The position numbers and the translations under genes are program-made. Below are positions 37,932 to 48,731 of a stretch of DNA of 64,000 nt, one piece after another (the first letter of the stretch is position 1; each line of letters begins with the position of its first letter). The notes beneath the pieces are model-generated. The model ran no database searches, was not told the DNA's origin, and saw only the letters and a program-made list of their open reading frames with translations. The stretch comes from Tubulanus polymorphus (lineage: Eukaryota; Animalia; Nemertea): positions 24,390,560 through 24,454,559 of the forward strand of contig NC_134027.1 of assembly GCF_964204645.1 (NCBI RefSeq). The letters are read 5' to 3'.

Positions 37932-38769
37932 GGCAATGGATATTTTGCCAATGCGGCATTATTTTAGTGAATGCTATTTTGCCAATGGCTATATACAATA
38001 AGATATAGTAATAAAATATAACAATAACATCATTATATTGGTTTTAACTTTTAGGGTTAGGGTTTCGATAGGGTTGGGGTCTAGAGGGTTAGGGTGAGGT
38101 TTAGGGTCCGTTTTTACCCCTAGGGATAGGGTTAGGGTAAGGTGAGGCTATAGTATATGTAGTGAAAATTTACATCAGGATTGCAAGAATCTCGGTGGTC
38201 AAGTAGGAAGACTTTATGCTAGCATTTTACTGGTCCGGGTTTGAGTCCCGCTCTATGCCCCTATTTTCTGTAAATCTGTTCTCCACACTTTCCTTGAATT
38301 TTTTAAGTCACGCACCTCAGTGCGCATACGCCGGGTCAATTAACCAATCAGAACGAACCATTGGCAAAAAACAAGAATAATCCCGCATTAATGGCATTGG
38401 CAAAATATCCACCACTGCCTTTATTTTAGCACCGCTTCTTATTGTGTGACAGAAAATTTTGAATGATGAAATAACCCCCGACAATCCTGACTTTTGAGGT
38501 GAGGGTAAACTGAAATCCTTCTTACTCCAATAGCCTGGGCCCTCTGCCTACCTGGGTCGCCGGATGATGACGTTAGACTAGCAATCCGCTGATCCGGGTT
38601 CGAATCCCGCTCTATGGTCCTAATTTCTCTAACTCTATTCTCCACACTTTCCTTGAATCTTTTAAGTGACGCACCTCTGTACGCATGCGCGTCGTCAATT
38701 AGCCAATCAGCGTCGTTGGCAAAATAGCGTTAACAGGAATAATGCCGCATTGGCAAAATATCCACTGAC
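37932..38769. mobile_element. Non-autonomous Mutator/MULE-like element (9-bp TSD), only in duplication copy 1
   Basis: TIR ggcaatggatattttgccaatgcggcattatt / aataatgccgcattggcaaaatatccactgac. TSD aatatttaa at 37923-37931 and 38770-38778. The empty site is in copy 2 at ~45417. Confidence 0.8.
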
Positions 38770-39014
38770 AATATTTAAACTATTCATGTTTCTTCATTAC
38801 TTTCTTGTTTATATTTCATGTTCAACTCTAGATGCAAAATCTAAAGCGTGGATAGAAAAACCCCGTGAATAAATGAACTGCAGATTGGAGCGGACAATTT
38901 GATATGTAAGTTTGAATTCTATATGTGATATTTCTTCAGTTATTTCTAAGGAAAGAAAAAACAATCTTAGATTTGTCTATTTTAGGTATCACTTCAACAT
39001 GTTCAATGGGAATT

Positions 39015-39210
39015 TTGATTCAGCGCAGGAAAACAAGGAATCACCCTCGGATTCTGCACAGGACATCAAGGAATCAGTGAACTTCACAATCAGACTTTTT
39101 TGTTTTCGCACCGGACATCAGGAATCACTATGGATTCGGCACAGGACATCAAGGAATCAGTGTTTCACAATCAGACTTTTGGATTCAGCACAGGACATCG
39201 GGAATCACTA
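39015..39210 (+). repeat. Degenerate internal repeat (gattcagcacaggacatcaaggaatca), paralog ~45650-45895
   Basis: 5-6 interspersed copies within one exon-like block. Confidence 0.75.
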
Positions 39211-39841
39211 TTGGTGGAAATTCAAGATAAGTTGCATTTATCTTTATATATCGGTTGTTGACTTGATTTTAAGGGACCAGTTTCATAGTGTTTGATATAA
39301 AACCATGTTTTGAAGTGAAATCACAGAAACCTGTTGCACTTATTCTATCATTTCAAATTTCTATTACATGATTAGTACATGGTTGGGATTGTTATTATTT
39401 AAGTTAAAGCGATTTAAAGGTTTTCTAAATTGTGATCAGCTCAAATGTTATTTCTAATCAATATGAAACTGGTTCCTGATGTCAATTTTACAGCTGTTAT
39501 CAATCATTTTCCTTCGTGACAATCAGATCATAGAGTAAATTGCTGTAGGCCTACTTATTTCATACTGATTGAACAGTGACAGATCCATGTAACATTGTGT
39601 ACAGATACAGGGTACAGATCACTGCATTACTTCATCCTGTGATTGAACAGTGATTTAATGTTCTCTCATCTTCACTAGATTCCCATTTGTCTTAACTAAA
39701 ACATCATTACATTTTAACTCATCTAACCGTGGGGTTCGGGGAGGGTGGGTAGGGTTGGGGGGAGGTAAGGGGTAGAGGGAGGGTGGGAGGGAAGGCGGGA
39801 GGGAAGGGGTGAGGGAGGGCGGGAGGGATGGGGCGAGGGAG

Positions 39842-39999
39842 CAGTGTTTTCAATAAGAAATTAGCAAGCCAGGTCCCTTTGAAAAACAGGAGGGTCCCCC
39901 CTATGTCACAGTCCCTGAAACAAAAGCTGGTTTGAAAAACAAGCGGGTCCTTTACAAACAACAGACGGGTCTGGGACCTGGCTCTTATTGAAAACACTG
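39842..39999. mobile_element. Short MITE with CAGTG termini inside a G-rich tract (paralog 46547-46711)
   Basis: TIR cagtgttttcaataag / cttattgaaaacactg. No clear TSD. Confidence 0.65.
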
Positions 40000-40271
40000 T
40001 GGGAGGGTGGGAGGGATGGGGTGTGAGAGGGATGGGTTCTCGGAGTGAGGTTGGGATGTAGGGGTCTAAGTGGGGGGTTGTTTAATGTCGGGTACAGATG
40101 GTTTAGGCAATGGGCCTAGTCTTGGAAGTTCAGGATATTTCAGAAAATGTGTCCCATCTTCATGATTGATAGAACACTATTATATCCGTGTTGACTGTTG
40201 ACGCGATGAGGAGAGAATCCCACAATTATAACGAAAAAGTCCGAAAATGTAACTTCGAGATAGTAGTTTAT

Positions 40272-40311
40272 TTCAACGTTTCGACTATATCCTAATTGTC
40301 ATCTTCAGGAA
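40272..40311 (-). ncRNA. Minimal hammerhead ribozyme (duplication copy 1)
   Basis: Minus strand ttc-CTGAAGA-t-GAC aattaggatata GTC-GAAAC-GTT-gaa, directly followed by aataaa. Confidence 0.65.
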
Positions 40312-42964
40312 TAATGTTTCCCATCTTTTTATTATTCTAAGAAAGGATTAATCATTATGAAACACATCATGCGGCCACACGTGACTGAAACATGTCATGT
40401 TTCATGCTGTATAACCACCGGTCAATTGGATTACCGGTAGTTCTATTTTACTGGTTGTTATTTCTATCAGACCCGGGTTTGATTCCTCGGTGAGTGCGCG
40501 CGTAATTTCAACGTCACTTCTCTCAGTCGTTATGAGATAATTGCCCCCAGATTTTTGAACAGGGGCGTTTCAATTTTTGGGCCATCAAAAGTGGTCACGA
40601 ATGAGTGTTATTTTTCGAATGATCACAAACTGCTCTTTGGCTCCGATCAAAATACGGCTTAATGAACAATTCAACAACAATCATACGTAATAATTACTGT
40701 GGATATCTGGCGGTTACTGCTTCTTTTTGAATACATTCAGCTGAAAGATGTATTTTATTTTCTTCTGTGCTATTTTAGAAACTGCTGTAAATACTGGTTC
40801 TGTAGCCTGACGACTTACAAAATTGTTGACGAGAGTCGAGATGCAGTCACATTCATCGCTGCTTCCTCTTTTTCTGCAGATTCTTAGACGGAGACCTATA
40901 CTCTTCATTTTTTGAAGAAGAGTATATAACTAATTAGAAAAGTGATATGTTTTGTAATCACTTTTATGGATTTTCAGACACGCTTCATTTCGTGGAACAG
41001 CAGTAAATGGCACATTATATGTCCATTCATAGATATCCTTAATAATTAGTTGAATCCTTTTCGAAAAGAGATAGGACACATTTTCTGAAATAAACTTAAC
41101 AGTTTATATGTGGGATGAGATTGACACGGAGAGACTATTGTTCTATTATTATATTCAGGATATTCTATTGATGATAGTATATTTCTACCTGTGACTTGTA
41201 ATTCTATTCTAGACAGAATTTCAGGGGCTGTGAACTAATTATACTTATATCAGGAAATATTTTACTGAATTTAAAAGTTGTAAAAAGTTTAAGACATGAT
41301 ATTCAACCAGATATAGTTGTAGTTTTCGCAGGCTACCGCGACCTTCCTACTACATTGAGACTACATGAAAGCCACTTGAAATATCTGAAATTTCGCTTGC
41401 CCCCTCCAAAAGCTACTTGCCCTACACAAGCGGTTTGATTGGTGGCACTATCATCCGTTGTATCAAATGGGAAAAAAGCTTCGTGACATAAAACTGCAAG
41501 CCCTGTTGACAAGTGATAATGATAACCTTCTTGCCCTGATGAGAATATACTTGTCCCGGGCAATCGGACAAGTACTCTTAGATTGGACCCTGCTTTATAC
41601 AAGATTAGTCCAATTCCTCTATTAAAAATATGCAACACTCAATTTCTCATGTTACGTACGTTTGCTCGTACAGCAGTGACAATTTGATGGCTAAAAACTG
41701 CTCCATGTATGAAAATTCATCTCTAGTGCCACATAGTTACTGAACTATGGTCATGAACTAAACTTTGCTTATCAAACTAGGGCCATAAAACTGACCCACC
41801 TTTAATGAGGGCCGCCAAATTTATACTCGTGTTGTTGAGCTACCCTGCTAGTCACCTTATCAGAACCATGGACCAAACTTTAACTCTTTGCTCACCAAAA
41901 CAGGGCCATGAATGAAAAGTTGTACAAGTTATTTATGTTGTCTTCACAACTCTGTATATGAGAATGAAATGATTTATGTGGAACTAATGACAAAGTTAAT
42001 GAAAGATTCATCTGTATCAGTGTTGCTGCTGGTGCTGCTGGTGCTGGTGCAACTTACACAACTTTTTGCTGTTTGTCTCTTAAAGATTAAACTTGATCCC
42101 AGTCGGAACTGATGAGAGTTCTAGTGAGACGATAAATAAAGAAAAGCCATATGAAAAGAAAAAGTATCAAGCGAACTGATATAAATGCTGATACAAAGAG
42201 TGGGGTCCGAGAGCAATTCGAAGGTTTAGTGTCCTGCACGCTTAGCGAGTGGGCAGGGGTCTATACCTACCTCGACTCAAAAAAGAAAATGAAATATAAA
42301 GAGTGGGGTCCGAGAGCAATTCGAAGGTTTAGTGTCCTGCACGCTTAGACGGCGGGCAGGGGTCTATTACCTACCTCGACTCAAGTGCTCAAAGTCAGAG
42401 AAAAGAGCAAAAACGAAAAATGGCAACGAAGGAAAATGGCTGTTTGAGTTTGATTCGTTCCACTGGGTTCGAGTGTTAACTTGAAAAGACAATCAAATTA
42501 TAGTCAAACGGATTATCTATGATTATCTATTTAGTAAACATCAGCAGTTCATAATCAACGATTGATAAATCTTATGAATAAGGTTCCATAAAACAACTTG
42601 CTTATATAAAACCTCTAGTAGAGAGTATAGAAATATCTAATCTAACTATCAACTGTCATTGGTCCACAACAGTTTCATAATAAGAGTGACGACGTGAATT
42701 CGTGAAGCAACATAAATAGCCATCATTCGTGTCCTTGGTTTGTGGTTGCCCTTCTCACAACATTTTGTGGTGAGTGTGGAGGTTTGGTTTGGGCTTGTTT
42801 CCTCGGTTCAGGTGAACCCTCCGTGTACATTATTGATTAAGTTCGTTAAGTGCAATTGATTGAGGTTTTCAATTTATATATGAAATTGATATGATCGTGA
42901 AAAATTGCAAATCGTTTTGTAGTTATTGTACAGATGAGCGGTGTCTGAGGAGGAGACAAGTGAG

Positions 42965-43290
42965 TTGAGGAGGCATTGAGGGAGGGCTAGGTGGGAGGGC
43001 TAGGTGGGAGGGCATTGAGGGAGGGCTAGGCGGGAGGGAATTGAGGGATGGGGTGCGGGAGGATGGGAGGGAAGGGGTGCGGGAGGGTGGTAGGGATGGG
43101 GTGAGGGAGGGTGGGAGGGATGGGGCGAGGGAGGGCGGGAGGGAAGGGGCGAGGGAGGGCGGGAGGGAAGGGGCGAGGGAGGGCGGGAGGGAAGGGGCGA
43201 GGGAGGGCGGGAGGGAAGGGGCGAGGGAGGGCGGGAGGGAAGGGGCGAGGGAGGGAGGGTTGGGTATGGGAGGGTCGGGTCGGGAGGTTA
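42965..43290 (+). repeat. G-rich 24-bp minisatellite, G-quadruplex-prone (paralog ~49985-50275)
   Basis: (gggagggcgggagggaaggggcga)n. Confidence 0.9.
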
Positions 43291-46200
43291 GGTGAGTCGA
43301 AATGTTCTGATGTTTTAGTTAGACGGATGGGAATCTAGTGAAGATGAGAGAACATTAAATCACTGTTCAATCACAGGATGAAGTAATGCAGTGATCTGTA
43401 ATCTGTATCTGTACACAATGTTACATGTATCTGTAATCAGTATGAAATAAGTACAGCAGTTTAATCTACAGAAATCCTGTACTGTTTCTGTCTGATAGAT
43501 TGATAACTTTTGAGATGTTACATTCTGCTCTATTGTCACTGATTATTGTTTCTTTTTCTTTTAGTTAAACAGGCTCACTCATTAAAAAGTTAGGTAAGTA
43601 CAAAACTCATAATGAATTTTTCTACAGAATTCTTCACAGTCTTTCTGTTATTGTTTTACTCTCATTTACAGGATGAGATACACACTGCAGCACCAGCAGC
43701 ACCAGCAGCACCAGCAGCACCAGCAGCATCAGCACCAGCAGGTAAAACCTGTAAGAAATTTTTTTTTTAGAGAACTGTTCTATATAAAATATTATATCTG
43801 TTTATGTTTCCAGCATTCAATCACTCAAAGATCACTGCTTAGTTTGAAGTGAGTTTTCAATCGTTAAAACTCATTTATGCCCTGATCAAAGTTGGAATTA
43901 TCGAGATCTTTATGTTTTTCATCATACATATTTTCAGTGAACAGAGCTATGGAGGTTTTTGCACCCAACAGTCAATCTCAAATACCGCTGGCTTGAAACA
44001 TTAGTGAAAGTGGTAAGTTTTTGATTTGGTGTGAAACTGCTCTTATTTCGAACAGCTTAACTGACTATTTCTAACATTTGTTTTTAGGAGCTGAAATAAG
44101 TGGAACCCTTGACAGAATCTGTGAACAGTAAACATTGGGAATTCACTTCACATTTGTTAAAGATGGACATCACTTTAGATCCTCAAAACAAAAACAGTAC
44201 CGGTAAATATCTCTACAGATTCTAGTCTCTTTTTGACTGTAAATTTATAAACTCATTTCCTGATTAGAAGCTATGTTAATGAGTGAAGGCGAATTTTCAA
44301 TCACTTCTATTCTTGTCAAAGTTCAAATCATCAAAATTATACAACTTCTTTATTCCAGGGCCCAAAATGGAGCAGAACTTGCAGTAAACATTGCGCTCTA
44401 CAAATCAAACACAAGTCATAAGTGGTTAGTTTTATATCGATTTATTGCAGTAATTTGTGATGATCTTCAAATCAAGTCCAATAAATGATGTGTTTTTGAT
44501 CGGTCAATGTTGGCAGGTTTCAACGTTTTACTAGAAGACGCAGTCTAAAGCTACGATCAAACACCTCAGAAATCTGCATACACTCAACACATTGTGATAA
44601 ATTACTCATTAACCTGGTGGGTTTTCTGTTAATCGAACACAAACAAATTGCTGTTTCTATTTATTTCATTAACCATATTCTGGCATAATTTTCTCCTTCC
44701 AGAATGCAATACACCCAATACTAATTGGAGCTGGAGAAATTAAGAATGTTCACCTTCAAAGAGTGAAGAAGCTCTAGTTGTTGCTGAAGCTGCTATACTT
44801 TTAAGAAACAAAGTAATTTTCTCTATATCCCGGTTCTTACTTGATATAAAACTTAACAGTTCAATTATTTATATATGTTTATTTTCTCTGAAAATCATCA
44901 GTGCTGCAGTCTGATTCGCAGTCAGGTAGAGACCGGCAACCAGTCTACATGTGCGCAGTATTGGACAGGCAACCAGTCTAACGGCGGCGCGGCGATCCCA
45001 ATGCAATACAATATCAAAATGAAATGGCGTGCTTTACCATAACAGGAAAAGCGAAAACCTCACCTAATTCACCAAACATTGCCACCCTCCTTTCCGACCC
45101 ATGAAATCAGTATTTTAATATTTGGTAAGTGTTCGTAACATTGGCTTAAATGGCGAAAAATATTCCATCTCAGATATTGTGGGAAATCATTATTTCAGAG
45201 GCACATCCTACAACGAACGGTGCACCGCACATGGTGGCGCTCAGTCAAGCATATCATCATTCCATCCTGATATTTCTAGACCCTTCCTTTACCCGGCTGT
45301 GTTGTAATGAATTTGTTCTTAAAGTGATTCCATCCACTGATTACATCGACCAGTGAAAACGGTGTAAGTTTATTTCATCTTTTAAATGTGTTGTTCATCG
45401 GTTTCTGAAAGAAGATAATACTTAAACTGTTGATGTTTCTTCATTACTTTCTTATTTATATATGTTCAACTCTAGATGCAAAACCTAAAGCGTGGATAGA
45501 AAAACCCCGTGAATAAATGAACTGCAGATTGGAGCGAACATTTGATTTGTAAGTTTGAATTCTATATTTTATATTTCTGCAGTTTAAGGAAAGAAAACAA
45601 TCTTAGATTTGTCTATTGTAGGTATCACTTCAACATGTTCAATGGGAATTTGATTCAGCGCAGGAAAACAAGGAATCACCCTCGGATTCTGCACAGGACA
45701 TCAAGGAATCAGTGAATTTTCACAATCAGACTTTTTGGTTTCGCACCGGACATCAGGAATCACTATGGATTCAGCACAGGACAACAAGGAATCAGTGTTT
45801 CACTATCAGACTTTTTCATATTCAACACAGGACATCAGGAATCAGTCTTAGATTCAGCACAGGACATCAAGGAATCAGTGTTTCACAATCACTATAGGTG
45901 GAAATTCAAGATAAGTTACATTTATCTATATTTATCGGTTGTTGAATTGATTTTAAGGGACCAGTTTCGAAGTGTTTGATATGAACCATGTTTTGAAATG
46001 AAATCACAGAAACCTGTTGCACTTATTCTATCATTTCAAATTTCTTAATATCGGTGAATATTTGGCTAGAATTAGTTGATGCCTCCCAAGGTTGGGATTG
46101 TTATTCTTTAAGTTTAAGCGGGTTTAAAGGTTTTCTAAATTGCGATCGACTCAAATGTTATTTCTTATCAATATGAAACTGGTTCCTGATGTCAGTTTAA

Positions 46201-46959
46201 CAACTGTTATCAATCATGTTCCTTCTGACAATCAGATCATGTATATCTTTAGAGTTAGAATTTCTGTAGATTAAACTGCTGTACTTATTTCATACTGATT
46301 GAACAGTTACAGATACATGTAACATTGTGTACAGATATTGAGATACAGATCACTGCATTACTTCATCCTGTGATTGAACAGTGATTTAATGTTCTCTCAT
46401 CTTCACTAGATTCCCATCCGTCTAACAAAAACATCATTACATTTCAACGCATCTAACCGCAGGGTTTGGGGAGGGTGGGTAGGGTTGGGGTGAGGGAGGG
46501 CGGGAGGGAAGGGGTCCGGGAGGGTGGGAGGGATGGGGCGAGGGAGCAGTGTTTTCAATAAGAAATTAACAAGCCAGGTCCCTTTGAAAAACAGGAGGGT
46601 CCCCCTATGTCACAGTCCCTGAAACAAAAGCTGGTTTGAAAAAACAGGCGGGTCCTTTACAAACAACAGACTGGTCTGAGACCTGGGACCTGGCTCTTAT
46701 TGAAAACACTGCAGGAGGGTGGGTGGGATGGGTTCTCTGAGTGAGGGTGGGATGTAGGGGTCTAAGTTGGGGCGTTGTTTAATGTCGGGTACAGATGGTT
46801 TAGGCAATGGGCCTAGTCTTGGAAGTTCAGGATATTTCAGAAAATGTCCCATCTTCATGATTGATAGAACACTATTATATCCGTGTTGATGCGATGAGGA
46901 GAGAATCCCACAATTATAACGAAAAAGTCCGAAAATGTTACTTCGAGATAGTAGTTTAT

Positions 46960-46999
46960 TTCAACGTTTCGACTATATCCTAATAGTCATCTTCAGGAA
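46960..46999 (-). ncRNA. Minimal hammerhead ribozyme (duplication copy 2)
   Basis: Minus strand ttc-CTGAAGA-t-GACTAT taggat ATAGTC-GAAAC-GTT-gaa with a perfect 6-bp stem II. Confidence 0.7.
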
Positions 47000-48423
47000 T
47001 AATGTGTCCCATCTTTTTATTATTCTAAGAAAGGATTAATCATTATGAAACACATCATGCGGCCACACGTGACTGAAACATGTCATGTTTCAAGCTGTAT
47101 AACCACCGGCCAATTGGACTAGTTCTTTTCTACTGGTTGTTATTTCTATGAGACCCGGGTTTGATCCCCGGTGAGTGCGCGCGTAATTTCAACGTCACTT
47201 CTCTCAGTCGTTATGAGATAATTGCCCCCAGATTTTTGAACGAGGGCGTTTCAATTTTTGGGCCATCAAAGGTGGTCACGAATGAGTGTTATTTTTTGAA
47301 TGATCACAAACTGCTCTTTGGCTCCGATCAAAATAGGGCTTAATGAACAATTCAACGACAATCATACGTAATAATTACTGTTGATATCTGGCGGTTACTG
47401 CTTCTTTTTGAATACATCCAGCTGAAAGATGTATTTTATTTTCTTCTGTGCTATTTTAGAAACTGCTGTAAATACTGGTTCTGTAGCCTGACGACTTACA
47501 AAATTGTTGACGAGAGTCGAGATGCAGTCACATTCATCGCTGCTTCCTCTTTTTCTGCAGATTCTTAGACGGAGACCTATACTCTTCATTTTTTGAAGAA
47601 GAGTATAGAACTAATTAGAAAAGTGATATGTTTTGTAATCACTTTTATGGATTTTCAGACACGCTTCATTTCGTTGAACAGCAGTAAATGGCACAGTATA
47701 TGACCATTCATAGATATCCTTTATAATTAGTTGAAGCCTTTTCGAAAAGAAAGGACACATTTTCTGAAATAAACTTGACAATTTATATGTAAAGATTGAA
47801 ACGGAGAGACTATTGTTCTATTATCATATTCAGGATATTCTATTGATGACAGTATATTTCTACCTGTGACTTATAATTTTGTTCTAGACATAATATAAGG
47901 GACTGCGAACTAATTATACTTATTATCAGGAAATATTTTACTGAATTTAGAAGTCTTAAAAAGTTTAAAACATGATATTCAACCAGATATAGTTGTAGTT
48001 TTCGCAGGCTACCGCAACCTTCCTACTACATTGAGACTACATGAAAGCCACTTGCCCATGGGGCAAGCATATCTGAAATTCCGCTTGCCCCCTCCAAAAG
48101 CTACTTGCCCTACACAAGCGGTTTAATTGGTGGCACTATCATCCGTTGTATCAAATGGGAAAAAAGCTTTGTGACATAAAATTGCAAGCTCTGTTGACAA
48201 GTGATAATGATAACCTACTTGCCCTGATGAGAATATACTTGTCCCGGGCAATCGGACAAGTACTCTTAGATCAGACCCTGCTTTATACAAGATTAGTCCA
48301 ATTCCTCTATTAAAAATATGCAACACTCAATTTCTCATGTTACGTAGGTTTGCTCATACAGCAGTGACAATTTGATGGCTAAAAACTGCTCCATGTATGA
48401 AAATTCATCTCTAGTGCCACATT

Positions 48424-48731
48424 AGCCGCGATCACACGAGCATTTTTGGAACAACTGTTCACACGGGTGCCAAATGAGGCCTGAGCCAAATTTGGCCCGA
48501 CCAAAAATGTCGGACCAGGCCCGAGCCTAATTTTAGCACCAGACAAATGATTGTGTTTGAATTGCAACTAGCACCGGAAATGATCCACTTCGCTTTGTTT
48601 GAGCATTGTTTAGTATCAAGTGAATGGTTTGCGTGTGAACGCGCTCTCTAATTAGGCTCGGGCCAAATTTGGCCCGAGCCTGATCGGTGCCAATTTGGCC
48701 CGGGCCAAATCTTCTCCGTGTGATCGCGGCT
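48424..48731. mobile_element. PIF/Harbinger-like MITE, only in duplication copy 2
   Basis: TIR agccgcgatcacacg / cgtgtgatcgcggct. Copy 1 has the empty site gccacatagttac at ~41728. Confidence 0.75.

Larger units (their letters stand above)
37460..44903 (+). repeat. Tandem segmental duplication, copy 1 (~7.4 kb)
   Basis: Collinear and highly similar to 44935-51814, from gcaaccagtc...attggacaggcaaccagtc to ...gaaaatcatcagt. The ORF track shows the same spurious peptides in both copies. Confidence 0.95.

Noticed and set aside
38049-38148. True telomere or chromosome fusion scar
   Set aside because: The repeats are short, degenerate, in one orientation, and inside a TSD-flanked transposon.
41533-41590. 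CTGATGA followed by a hairpin (tacttgtcc/ggacaagta), hammerhead-like; paralog ~48222
   Set aside because: The required GAAA after stem II is absent (ttag instead) in both copies. At best a decayed ribozyme.
43041-43338. ORFs with (GREGAREG)n / (GRGRAGGK)n repeats, also 50006-50324
   Set aside because: These are translations of a G-rich minisatellite. Several frames are open, the starts are non-ATG, and there is no splice context.
44455-44560. Possible intronic C/D snoRNA (gtgatga) making the duplicated unit a snoRNA host
   Set aside because: No well-placed D box or terminal stem, and the C box is mutated (gtggtga) in copy 2.
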